DNA of 64,000 nucleotides from contig CAVSCK010000003.1 of assembly GCA_963726455.1 (NCBI GenBank), positions 416,001 through 480,000 on the forward strand, written 5' to 3'. The notes beneath the pieces are model-generated. The model was given only the letters and a program-made list of their open reading frames with translations. It was not told where the DNA came from and did no database searches. The position numbers were made by a program, and so were the translations under genes. Within the stretch, counting starts at the first letter, position 1; every line of letters starts with the position of its first letter. Positions 1-9,375 of this stretch are shown piece by piece. The stretch is from an uncultured bacterium (GTDB taxonomy: Bacteria; Zixibacteria; MSB-5A5; CAIYYT01).

Positions 1-1
1 C

Positions 2-1558
2 AATCAGGCGAGTTTGGCCAGGTCGGCCGGCATCGTTTCGGCGGCGACATTCGTTTCGCGCCTGCTGGGATTGATCCGCGAGCAGGTCACGGCGTACCTG
101 TTCGGCGCTTCCGACCAGGTTGATGCCTTCAAGTCGGCGTTTCGAATCCCTAATCTGTTGCGTGACATGTTCGCCGAAGGGGCATTGTCGGCGGGGTTCG
201 TTCCGATCTTCTCCGAAAAACTCCGCACCGGCACCAAGGAAGACGCGATTCGGTTCGCCGGGATGGTATTCGGCGCGCTGACGGCGATCGTGTCAGTGAT
301 CGTGCTCCTGATGATGGTCTTTACGCCGGAAATCGCGACGGTGCTGGCCGAAGGGTTCGAGAAAATTCCGGGAAAACTGGATAACACGATTCTGATGGGC
401 CGGGTGATGATGCCGTTCCTGTTGATGATGGCACTGGCGGCGCTGTTGATGGGGATTTCCAACTCACTCGGCTATTTCGGGATTCCGGCACTGGCGCCGG
501 TGATGCTCAATGTCGGCATGATCATCTGCTCGATCGTGCTGTCGCCATTCGTGCATCCTCCGGTATTGAGCATAGCTGTCGGAGTGCTGGTCGGCGGCGC
601 GGGACAGTTTGTGATGCAGTACGTGGCGCTGCACAAGATCGGGTTTCGATTTCGAATCATTTTCGATTTGTTCAATCCTGACCTGCTGCGACTTCTGCTC
701 TTGATCTTGCCTACTGCCATCGGGCTGGCAGCTACCCAGATCAACGTCGCCGTCATCACGAGGATTGCCTCCAACGATTCCGGCGCGGTTTCATACCTAG
801 ACTACGCCTTCCGGCTGCTGCATCTGCCGCTGGGATTATTCGCCATTGCGATTGCGACAGTCGCCCTGCCCAAATTGGCGAGCGAGGCCGCGGGCGGGAA
901 TCACGTCGAATTCAATCGAATTCATTCGAGCGCGTTGCGGCTGGGGTTGTTCCTGAGTATACCGGCAGCGATCACTATGATCCTGCTCTCGCGCGAGGTC
1001 TGTGGCGCGGTTTACCAATACGGCAAGTTCACGTCGGAAGACACCATTCAGACCGGACGGGCTCTGGCGATGTATTGCCTGGGGCTGCCGTTCTTCACAT
1101 TGGTGCGCATTACGGTGCCGGCATTTTATGCGCTGAAAGACACGCGCACGCCGGCGTTGATTTCGATCTTCAGCGTGGCACTAAACATTTTCTTCTGTTT
1201 TCAATTGCGCGCCAACTATGGATTTGTCGGGCTGGCGCTGGCGGCGTCGCTGGCGGGAGTAGCGAATTTCACGTTGTTGACCTATCTATTGCGAAGTCGC
1301 ATTCAGATCACCGGCATGAGACAAGACCTGATCGCTATCGGCAAGATTGTGATTGCATCGTTGGTGGCCGGAGCGATTGTTTGGGTGGCGAAGCACTATG
1401 TCGGCGCCGAAATGCACCAGTCGCGATTGGCGAATCTGGGCGCGGTAACGTTAATGTTGGGTGTTGCCGCCGTCGCATATCTGGCAATTTGCAAGCTGTT
1501 CAAGATGGAAGAGTGGGATCGGCTTTCGAACGCATTTTTGAGGCGGTTCAGGCGATAG
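2..1558 (+). CDS. murJ: Lipid II flippase MurJ (MviN); frame is open to the window edge, so the true start may lie upstream
   Basis: SRLLGLIRE, AFRIPNLLRDMFAEGALSAGFVP and LPLGLFAIAIATVALP motifs; many TM segments. Confidence 0.95.
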   Translation, partial: NQASLARSAGIVSAATFVSRLLGLIREQVTAYLFGASDQVDAFKSAFRIPNLLRDMFAEGALSAGFVPIFSEKLRTGTKEDAIRFAGMVFGALTAIVSVIVLLMMVFTPEIATVLAEGFEKIPGKLDNTILMGRVMMPFLLMMALAALLMGISNSLGYFGIPALAPVMLNVGMIICSIVLSPFVHPPVLSIAVGVLVGGAGQFVMQYVALHKIGFRFRIIFDLFNPDLLRLLLLILPTAIGLAATQINVAVITRIASNDSGAVSYLDYAFRLLHLPLGLFAIAIATVALPKLASEAAGGNHVEFNRIHSSALRLGLFLSIPAAITMILLSREVCGAVYQYGKFTSEDTIQTGRALAMYCLGLPFFTLVRITVPAFYALKDTRTPALISIFSVALNIFFCFQLRANYGFVGLALAASLAGVANFTLLTYLLRSRIQITGMRQDLIAIGKIVIASLVAGAIVWVAKHYVGAEMHQSRLANLGAVTLMLGVAAVAYLAICKLFKMEEWDRLSNAFLRRFRR

Positions 1559-1574
1559 TTTAACGGAGGGGTAA

Positions 1575-3803
1575 TTGCGCACACCGGCGCTTTATGCGCT
1601 GATCTTTTTTGCCGGGGGGATATTGCTGGCAGTCAACACCGAACTGCCTGCGATGATCTATCTGGGCGTAGCGGTTATTGCTGCGGCGCTGGCAGTGATC
1701 GTCTATCTCACGGGCAAAGCGCTTATCAGTCGTGCCCTGATTTGTGCAGCGATGGTTGCGGGCGGCGCGTTTCTCACCGAATTGCAGAGCGCGGAGTTTC
1801 CATCTAATCACATCTCGCGGTTCGCATCCGCCAGCCAGATTATGACCGTCACCGGAACGGTTGTCTCTGAGCCGGACATCCGGCCGGACAAGACGTTTCT
1901 GACGGTCGAGGTTGATTCCTTGCGGTACCGTGAACGGGCGATTCCCTCCTGCGGGCGACTGCGGCTGCAAGTTCAGGAACCGACCACGGCATTCGGCTAC
2001 CGCGATCGCATCATGTTTACCGGCTACATGAATCTGCCGCAGAGCGGACGCAATCCGGGCGCGTTCGACTACCGCCGTTACCTCGCGATTCGGCAGATCA
2101 GCGCCATTGTCACGATTAACAGCGCCAGTCGCATTACGATTCTGCAGTCGGGCGGCAGTGAGCCATTCGTGCGAGGCGTTATTACGCCCGTGCGTGAATA
2201 TATCGCTTCGGTTTTCGAGCACTATCTGCCGGCTGAACAAGCGGCAGTGATGAAAGGATTTTTGATCGGCGACGTGCGCTACATATCGCGCGATGTTTAC
2301 CAGCGTTTCAAGGACACCGGCACGTTGCACGTGCTGGCAGCATCGGGAGCAAACGTTGCATATGTCATCTCGGCGCTGTTTCTCGGCATCCGGCTGTTTC
2401 GCCTGGCTCGGCAATATCGAGTCTACCTGCTGATCGCAGGTGTCGTCGTGTTCTCGTTTCTGGCATACAACCAGCCGTCGGTGGTGCGCGCCTCAGTTAT
2501 GGCCGTGGTGACGCTGATCGGAGTCGCGCTGTATCGCGACACCAACTGGGTTAATAACATCTCGGTTGCGGGTTTGATTATTCTGGCATTCCGGCCGCTG
2601 TATCTCTATGACCTGGGCTTCCAACTGTCGTTCGGTGCGGCTTTCGCGTTGATACTGTTCATGCCGGCGCTGGAACGATTTCTGCCGCGCCCACAGGGCA
2701 TACTGAAGAAGAGTGGCCGCTATTTCCTGTTAATACTCAATGGCAGCGTTGTCGCACAGTTGGGCGTGATTCCGGTTTTGATCTACAATTTCCACACGGT
2801 GCCGCTGGTCAGTTTCCTGGCCAACCTTGTGGTCGTGCCGTTGGTGGGGATTTCGACAACGCTGGGTATCATTCTAGTGTTTTTGTCCGCGATTCCCGTG
2901 GTGTCGACGCTGCTCGGAACGGTGCTGACGCTGTCGCTGAAATTGACGCTGACCTCCATCGACTATTTCTATGCGCTGCCGATTCCACAATTGCGGCTGG
3001 CCGCGCCGCATATTTTGTTGATCATCTGCTACTATCTCGGACTGCAGATTATCTTCTCCTCGATTATGAAAAGGCGGTTGGCGGCACTGTTTCCGGTGTT
3101 GCTATTGGTCTGCCTGAACACACTGGTCTGGAAAGATGTGATTGCGGGAGAGAATCCACGAACGGAGGTCACGTTCCTGGATACACGTGACATGACGACA
3201 GTTTTTATCAAAGAACCTGACGGCACATCCACCCTGATCAATGGCGGTGGCGCCGACGTGTCGACAAATCGGGGCGAGACAACGGTGTTGCCGTTCCTGC
3301 TGGCCAAAGGCGTCAGCCACTTGGACGAGGTTCGAGTCACTACCGACGGAGCGGGCAACCGTGAGTCGATCAGGTCAGTTATGGCAGGTCTGCGACAGCG
3401 TTGGCCGGGAGACGGTGACAGGACGGCTGACGACCTCGATCTCGATGAGATGATCGCAGCAACAGACTCACTGCCGATTTTGTATTCCGGCGATTTTACG
3501 ATTGCTTTGCTGGCGGGCGAAGTTCCTGTGCAAAATCTGAACAATCTGCCGCCCAACGTCCAGGTTTTGGCTGCCGATTGGCGCTATTTGAAACAATCCG
3601 AGTTCGCGGGCTTCCTGAAATTGCTTCACGTTGAAACACTAATACTTACGAACTACCCCAGCTATTACACGGCGAGAGAGCCGCTGCGCCTATTGCGCGA
3701 GTCAATGCCTGAATCCGAAATCTACTCGGTACTGGAATCAGGCGGAATCGTAGTCAGCATATATACAGACGGTTACCGTGTATCGGCAACAGCCAATAGG
3801 TGA
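1575..3803 (+). CDS. comEC: ComEC/Rec2 competence DNA-uptake channel with degenerate C-terminal metallo-beta-lactamase-like domain
   Basis: RNPGAFDYRRYL, GTLHVLAASGANV, PSVVRASVMA and GFQLSF motifs. Confidence 0.9.
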   Translation: MRTPALYALIFFAGGILLAVNTELPAMIYLGVAVIAAALAVIVYLTGKALISRALICAAMVAGGAFLTELQSAEFPSNHISRFASASQIMTVTGTVVSEPDIRPDKTFLTVEVDSLRYRERAIPSCGRLRLQVQEPTTAFGYRDRIMFTGYMNLPQSGRNPGAFDYRRYLAIRQISAIVTINSASRITILQSGGSEPFVRGVITPVREYIASVFEHYLPAEQAAVMKGFLIGDVRYISRDVYQRFKDTGTLHVLAASGANVAYVISALFLGIRLFRLARQYRVYLLIAGVVVFSFLAYNQPSVVRASVMAVVTLIGVALYRDTNWVNNISVAGLIILAFRPLYLYDLGFQLSFGAAFALILFMPALERFLPRPQGILKKSGRYFLLILNGSVVAQLGVIPVLIYNFHTVPLVSFLANLVVVPLVGISTTLGIILVFLSAIPVVSTLLGTVLTLSLKLTLTSIDYFYALPIPQLRLAAPHILLIICYYLGLQIIFSSIMKRRLAALFPVLLLVCLNTLVWKDVIAGENPRTEVTFLDTRDMTTVFIKEPDGTSTLINGGGADVSTNRGETTVLPFLLAKGVSHLDEVRVTTDGAGNRESIRSVMAGLRQRWPGDGDRTADDLDLDEMIAATDSLPILYSGDFTIALLAGEVPVQNLNNLPPNVQVLAADWRYLKQSEFAGFLKLLHVETLILTNYPSYYTAREPLRLLRESMPESEIYSVLESGGIVVSIYTDGYRVSATANR

Positions 3804-3858
3804 CCGTAGAAACGGGTTATCCCACATAGGCCTAAACAGGCCAAAAACCAAATCCTCT

Positions 3859-3886
3859 TAAAGTATTAGCCGAATCCACCCGATAA
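3859..3886 (+). promoter_or_regulatory. Possible sigma-28 (FliA)-like promoter for the mgl/pil cluster
   Basis: TAAAGT...CCCGATAA; spacer after TAAA is 16 nt versus the canonical TAAA-N15-GCCGATAA. Confidence 0.35.
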
Positions 3887-3965
3887 AGAATATGAATTGG
3901 ACTGCGCGGGAGTATTCCCGTCGTGAAATATTGAACAGCTAACAGGTTCTTAAAAAGCTCGAGAC

Positions 3966-5156
3966 ATGAGTTTTACCGGTAATCTGCAGACGGTGGCATT
4001 TTCCGATCTGCTCCAGCTTTTCTCTGCCGGAAAAAAGACGGGCACCGTCACCATTGTGCGTGGCAACATCCGCAAGGAGCTCGTCTTCAGAGACGGCAAT
4101 ATCATCAGCGCGACCTCGCATGATGCTGAGGAAGACTATCTGGGACAGATCCTCTTGAAAGCCGGCCGCATTTCGAAAACCGACCTTCAACGGGCAGTCT
4201 ATATGCACAAGACCTCGGGCAAGCGCATGGGGCAAGTGCTGGTAGAGATGAAGCTCGTGAGCCGCGATGAACTGGGGTTGTATCTGCGGCAGCAGATCGA
4301 AGAGATCATCTACAACCTGTTCAGTTGGAAAGAGGGAGAATTCATCTTCCGTGAGGGGCAACTGCCGGCCACGCGCGAGGGCCTGGTCGAATTGAACACG
4401 ATGAACGTGATTATGGAGGGCACGCGGCGCATCGACGAATGGGTCGAGATCCAGAAAGTATTGCCACGCGACAACCAGATTCTCTGCGTCTCGCCGCTCA
4501 TCCAGTCCAAGAATGACGAAGTGACGCTGTCGCTCGATGAGTTCAAGGTGATAACGCTGGTGGACGGCAAACGGACGTTGCCGGAAATTCTGGAATCGTC
4601 GCCGTTGGGCGAATTCGTGACCTCACGCGCGATCTACAAGCTGATTAACTCCGGGTTGGTCGAGACCACGATGGTCAAGGAAACCGAGATTAACGACCCG
4701 CGCGAAGAGGATTCCTTGTTCTGGCTGTTGCTGCGCGTGTATGCCTCCGCGTTCAGCCAGATTCAGAAGGTGCTGGAACGCAAACTCGGACCGGAAAACG
4801 AAAAACTGCAATCTACGCTGTCAGGATTTCGCAAAGGCATCTGGCAGTGTTTCGTCGGCGTGAATCATTCGGACTTCCCGACCAACTTTGAGTCGATCAA
4901 ACGCGCGATGGCGAAGATACCCAAGGAAGTCAGAGTCTTGAGATTAGTCAGCGGGCTGAACCAGATTCTGGAGGAACAGCTCGCGTTCGTATACTCATAT
5001 CTCGGTATAGAGGTTCGTCGCCAGGTCGCGGCAGATATCAAGAAAGAAGTGGCGTTGCCGTTGGCGGAGCGCCGCGAAGTTGATAAGAAGTACGACGTCG
5101 GCAACGAGCTGTACCGGATTCTCAAAGAAGTCAAATTGACCAAAGCGGTCTTGTGA
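3966..5156 (+). CDS. DUF4388 (PATAN-like) domain protein
   Basis: N-terminal SFTGNLQTVAFSDLLQL, LGQILLKAGRI, LFSWKEGEFIF and MEGTRRIDEW patterns typical of DUF4388 proteins. Confidence 0.8.
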   Translation: MSFTGNLQTVAFSDLLQLFSAGKKTGTVTIVRGNIRKELVFRDGNIISATSHDAEEDYLGQILLKAGRISKTDLQRAVYMHKTSGKRMGQVLVEMKLVSRDELGLYLRQQIEEIIYNLFSWKEGEFIFREGQLPATREGLVELNTMNVIMEGTRRIDEWVEIQKVLPRDNQILCVSPLIQSKNDEVTLSLDEFKVITLVDGKRTLPEILESSPLGEFVTSRAIYKLINSGLVETTMVKETEINDPREEDSLFWLLLRVYASAFSQIQKVLERKLGPENEKLQSTLSGFRKGIWQCFVGVNHSDFPTNFESIKRAMAKIPKEVRVLRLVSGLNQILEEQLAFVYSYLGIEVRRQVAADIKKEVALPLAERREVDKKYDVGNELYRILKEVKLTKAVL

Positions 5157-5163
5157 GGTAGCT

Positions 5164-5538
5164 ATGAGAAAAATCGCGTGTGGGTTAATCGTGACGCTGA
5201 TGGCACTCCCCTTCTCCGGAGCGCTGGCCGAGCCACTGGCGAAGTCAAGCGATGTGACGGCGATGGGTGTGGCAATCGACATCATTCTGCTGGCCGCCGG
5301 TCTGCTTTGTTTCGTGCTGTGTTTGAGAATATTCGCGTTGCTCCGGGGCGGCGAACTTTCACCGGGCTGGCAGGTGCTGGCCATTTCGTTTCTGATCTTC
5401 TCGCTCGGAGAGCTTCTGAGCGTAGCCATCAAGCTGGACATCGTCACCGTGCAGAAGAACGCCATCGGCGTTCTGCAATTACTGGCGTTGTTCTTGGTGG
5501 CTATCGGTGTAGCGAAGATTAAGAAGAGTTTGACGTAA
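5164..5538 (+). CDS. Small membrane protein (signal peptide plus about 3 TM helices)
   Basis: RBS GAGG, hydrophobic segments, operon spacing. Confidence 0.7.
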   Translation: MRKIACGLIVTLMALPFSGALAEPLAKSSDVTAMGVAIDIILLAAGLLCFVLCLRIFALLRGGELSPGWQVLAISFLIFSLGELLSVAIKLDIVTVQKNAIGVLQLLALFLVAIGVAKIKKSLT

Positions 5539-5560
5539 AACCGCATTCCCAAGGGTCTGT

Positions 5561-6424
5561 ATGATGGAAGCAGCAACAATAGCCGAGCGGATTGACCAGT
5601 GCGAACGAATTCTCAAAGAGAATTCGCGCTCACAGGTCTTTGCCGCATTGGCCGATGCTTTGCGCCTTAACGGCGACCTGGAAAAGGCATTCCGGGTATG
5701 TCGCCAGGGATTGCGAATTCATCCCGACTACGGCGCCGGCCATCTGGTGATGGCAAAGATCAGTCTCGGCCGCAAGATGTACGATTGGGCAGAGCAAGAG
5801 CTGACGAAAGCAGTGGAATTCGATGGCGAGACTCGCGCCACGGAGCAATTACGGGTCGAGATACTGATTGGCAAGGGGAGTTACTCTGAGGCAGACGCGG
5901 CCATACGCAAGCTCAGGGTAGCGGGCGCCAATCCCCTGCTCGTTACGGATTTGCACCAGCGACTGGAACGCCAGAAGAAGGAATCCAAGCGCCGTAACAT
6001 CGATCAATCGACCGGTGCTCCAAGGGGGAAAGGTTCCGAGGCCAAGACGGCCGCCCCTGTTGCAAAGCCGAAGACTCCACTGACACTGGGACAAGCGCTG
6101 GATCAATTGGCGGCGTTGCCATTTGTGGATTCGATAGTCTGCGCCCACACTGACGGCACACCGGTTGATCATCGCGGCGATTCGCCGCAGGATATCAACG
6201 AGACTGCGGCCTTTGGTGTGGAGATGTGCCGCATTGCCGAGACGGAGAATGCGATTGCCAATTTCGGGGAGGCACAACAGATCGCCGTCGAGAACGGCGA
6301 ACGCACGATTGTGATCATGAAATTCAGCCGTTACAACCTGGTGATCTATTGCCAGAAAGGGATCAACCTGGGCGCCATGCGGATGCGGCTTGAAGACATT
6401 AGAGATAACTTGCAGGACGGCTAG
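5561..6424 (+). CDS. TPR-repeat protein fused to a C-terminal Roadblock/LC7-like domain
   Basis: TPR pattern FAALADALRLNGDLEKAFRVCRQGLRIHPDY; C-terminal INLGAMRMRL resembles the roadblock ending INMGLIRLEI of 7363..7698. Confidence 0.75.
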   Translation: MMEAATIAERIDQCERILKENSRSQVFAALADALRLNGDLEKAFRVCRQGLRIHPDYGAGHLVMAKISLGRKMYDWAEQELTKAVEFDGETRATEQLRVEILIGKGSYSEADAAIRKLRVAGANPLLVTDLHQRLERQKKESKRRNIDQSTGAPRGKGSEAKTAAPVAKPKTPLTLGQALDQLAALPFVDSIVCAHTDGTPVDHRGDSPQDINETAAFGVEMCRIAETENAIANFGEAQQIAVENGERTIVIMKFSRYNLVIYCQKGINLGAMRMRLEDIRDNLQDG

Positions 6425-6440
6425 GAAGTGAGAGGCATGT

Positions 6441-7382
6441 ATGGATTGGACAATTAGGAATAATCGCCATGTAGCTCTGATAGCGTTGATAGTAGCCGCG
6501 CTTCCAATGCTGATCTATCCCAATACTTTTGGCGTCACGTTTGACATGAGCTGGAAGTGGTACGTTCCGTTGGAGGGAACTTACTTCTTTGCGGTGGGGC
6601 TGATTCTCTATCGCCGCCGCTCTCTGGGCTACACGATAGTGGCGACTTTGTTTGCCATCGTAGGCCGGCTCGTTCTGTCCGGCATCTTCATGGCATTGCT
6701 GATGGCGCTGGAACAAATGCCCGCGTCTGACGCTTTCCCAACCGCGTTTGAGACGTTCCGGCCGGCAGTCTTGCTGGCGGGTGTCACCGCGCCATTGCTG
6801 TTCAGCCCGGTTATTAAGTCGATTTTGCCGAGCCGGATTCGCAGACGGCATTTGCAGAGACATGAAGCAGCACCGGTCATTTACACGTCGACTGCGACGC
6901 CGGTGAATCGACCGGCGGCTCCGGCAGCGGCACCGACGCCGACGAACGAGCGCGTAACTGCGGATTTTTACGACCATTCGTTCAACGGAGCGGTGCAACA
7001 CATCGGCAGCTACTCGGGCGTGCGTTGCGCGCTGCTGATCGATCAGGAAGGCCTGCCGATTGCGAGCTGGAATCGCGGTGAATGGGATCAGGAAATGTGG
7101 GGTGCGTTGACGAAGCGGATCGTGGATGATCTTCAGGATCTCAACGCCAAAGCTGGAACTTTACCACTGAGCACGATCGAGTTCAAGTCGGGCGGACATC
7201 GGTTCAGTCTCTATCGGGCGGCCGATATGTGGTTGTTGTCCGTTGCGGACGCCGACTCGGATGAACTCGAAAAGATACGGTTACTTCAGGCCGCCGAAAT
7301 GATCGAGCGGCATTGCGAAGAAAAATATGCCAATGTTCATAGCAGCGAAATAGGGAGAAAATATGCGGGAAGTACTGTCTGA
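6441..7382 (+). CDS. Membrane-anchored (about 4 TM) Roadblock/LC7 domain protein
   Basis: Hydrophobic N-terminal half, Ala/Pro linker, then SGVRCALLIDQEGLPIAS roadblock signature. Confidence 0.75.
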   Translation: MDWTIRNNRHVALIALIVAALPMLIYPNTFGVTFDMSWKWYVPLEGTYFFAVGLILYRRRSLGYTIVATLFAIVGRLVLSGIFMALLMALEQMPASDAFPTAFETFRPAVLLAGVTAPLLFSPVIKSILPSRIRRRHLQRHEAAPVIYTSTATPVNRPAAPAAAPTPTNERVTADFYDHSFNGAVQHIGSYSGVRCALLIDQEGLPIASWNRGEWDQEMWGALTKRIVDDLQDLNAKAGTLPLSTIEFKSGGHRFSLYRAADMWLLSVADADSDELEKIRLLQAAEMIERHCEEKYANVHSSEIGRKYAGSTV

Positions 7383-7698
7383 GTTAAACAAGACTTCCGG
7401 TATTACCGGCAGCATGCTAGTCGGTCACGACGGCATCGTTATTGCCGCGGACCTGAATAGTCAATTCGACGATGACACCATCGGGGCCCTGGCCGGATCG
7501 ATCAGCTCGACCGTGGCCAAGAGTCTGGAGCGGCTGCAACAGTCGCCACTCACACAATTGACTATTGAGGCCGCCAAAGGAAAACTGTTCATCACGGAAA
7601 CCCCCGTGGGCTACCTGGTGGTGACAACGGAAGACAAGATCAACATGGGACTGATCCGGCTGGAGATCAAGAACGCGATATCGCATATCAGCTTGTAA
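7363..7698 (+). CDS. Stand-alone Roadblock/LC7 protein (MglB/MglC-like)
   Basis: SGITGSMLVGHDGIVIA...INMGLIRLEI. Confidence 0.85.
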   Translation: MREVLSELNKTSGITGSMLVGHDGIVIAADLNSQFDDDTIGALAGSISSTVAKSLERLQQSPLTQLTIEAAKGKLFITETPVGYLVVTTEDKINMGLIRLEIKNAISHISL

Positions 7699-7719
7699 CA
7701 AGCCGGCGGGGAGACTGAC

Positions 7720-8832
7720 ATGGTTTCGATAAACTACTCAAACCGGGAAGTGAGCTGTAAGATCGTTTACTACGGCCCCGGTTTGTCAGGGAAGACAACG
7801 AACCTGCAATACGTGCATGCGAAGGTCCCGAAAAAGACGCGGGGCGATTTGATCAGTCTGGCGACTGACGCCGATCGCACGCTGTACTTCGATTTCCTGC
7901 CGATCAACATCGGCGCGATCAACGGTTTTGCGACCAAGTTCCAGTTGTACACGGTGCCCGGACAGGTCTTTTACAACGCCACCCGCAAGCTGGTATTGCG
8001 CGGTGTGGACGGACTGGTGTTTGTGGCGGATTCGCAGCGTTCGAAGCGCGACGAAAATATCGAATCGCTCAACAATCTAAAGGAAAACCTGATCGAGTAC
8101 GGCTATGACATCAACTCGCTACCGATAGTCCTTCAGTACAACAAGCGTGACCTCCCGGAAGTGATGGGGCTAGACGAACTCCAGAAGGATCTCAATTGGA
8201 ATAACCTCGCCTATTTCGAAGCCTCGGCGGTGAAGGGTGTGGGTGTATTCGACACGTTGAAAATGATAACGAAACTCGTGCTCAATACCGCTCGCCGAGT
8301 GGAGCAGCCGGTGGCCGCGACCACAACGGCGGCTGCGGCAGCCCCGGCGATGATGCCCATGCAGCATGAGACTCTGGGAACTGCGGTAGATCATCATTCG
8401 ATGACGGATTCGATGCCACAGCGCGAAGCGGCGTCGTCAGCTACGACTGTTGCTCCACCACCTCCGGTTCCGGTCGAGAAGCCGCGCCGGATCGAGGTAC
8501 GTGACATTGTGAACGATTCAGACTGGGGTACACGCGAAGCCGCGAAACATGATCCACCTCCGCCGATGGCGGCCGAGCCGTCAGCGCTTCCGAAGCGTCC
8601 CAGCTTGGCTGAAATCGAGAGCAAGTTGCGGCAAGTTGACAACAACCATATGGATCCCATAAAGGACCCAGCAGCTCCCAAGCCGGTGGCAGAAGCCGAC
8701 GAAGCGGCACGGGCGCAGTTTGCGGACGCGTTTGAGGTCCCGCGCATGGCCATCATGCAGAAGAGTCTGAAGCCCAAAAAGAGAAAATCAAAGTTCTTCT
8801 TATTCCGCTGGTTCAGCGGAGGAAATGATTAG
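7720..8832 (+). CDS. mglA: MglA small GTPase with a long C-terminal extension
   Basis: KIVYYGPGLSGKTTNL, DRTLYFDFLP, LYTVPGQVFY and QYNKRD motifs. Confidence 0.92.
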   Translation: MVSINYSNREVSCKIVYYGPGLSGKTTNLQYVHAKVPKKTRGDLISLATDADRTLYFDFLPINIGAINGFATKFQLYTVPGQVFYNATRKLVLRGVDGLVFVADSQRSKRDENIESLNNLKENLIEYGYDINSLPIVLQYNKRDLPEVMGLDELQKDLNWNNLAYFEASAVKGVGVFDTLKMITKLVLNTARRVEQPVAATTTAAAAAPAMMPMQHETLGTAVDHHSMTDSMPQREAASSATTVAPPPPVPVEKPRRIEVRDIVNDSDWGTREAAKHDPPPPMAAEPSALPKRPSLAEIESKLRQVDNNHMDPIKDPAAPKPVAEADEAARAQFADAFEVPRMAIMQKSLKPKKRKSKFFLFRWFSGGND

Positions 8833-8846
8833 TCAGGAGGTATGAC

Positions 8847-9335
8847 GTGGCTGGTGAAAAGCTGATCGTATACTGGGATGACACGGAAAAGATCGACGGT
8901 GTCATGACCAAGCTTCTCAAGGGCGCGGAAGCGAAATGTGCGCTCCTGGTCGATAAGGATGGTCACCTCATCGCCCGGCATGGTTTCACCCAGACGCTCG
9001 ACACTACGGCTTTGGCGGCTTTGATGGCCGGCAGTTTTGCCTCGACCTCAGAGATAGCCAAGCTGGTGGGCGAGCCGGAGTTTTCAGTGCTGTTCCATCA
9101 GGGACGCAAAGACCACATCCACATGTGCCTGGTCGGCGACCGCTCGATCCTGGCCGTCGTCTTTGACGACCGTACGACGATCGGCATGGTACGTCTGTAC
9201 GCCAAGGAAGCGGCCGAGGAATTGCAGAAGATTTTCGAAGTCGTGCTGCGCAAAGTAAACAGTTCCGAGCAGGGATTGTCCGAGGAGTTTACGAATTCCG
9301 CTGAAAACAAGCTGGAGGACATCTTCCGCGACTGA
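8847..9335 (+). CDS. mglB: MglB, roadblock-fold GAP of MglA
   Basis: ALLVDKDGHLIA, EFSVLFHQG and FDDRTTIGMVRL motifs as in Myxococcus/Thermus MglB. Confidence 0.9.
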   Translation: MAGEKLIVYWDDTEKIDGVMTKLLKGAEAKCALLVDKDGHLIARHGFTQTLDTTALAALMAGSFASTSEIAKLVGEPEFSVLFHQGRKDHIHMCLVGDRSILAVVFDDRTTIGMVRLYAKEAAEELQKIFEVVLRKVNSSEQGLSEEFTNSAENKLEDIFRD

Positions 9336-9375
9336 GGCGGGCCGGCAATAAGCGCAGACGGTATTGAGAAGGTAT

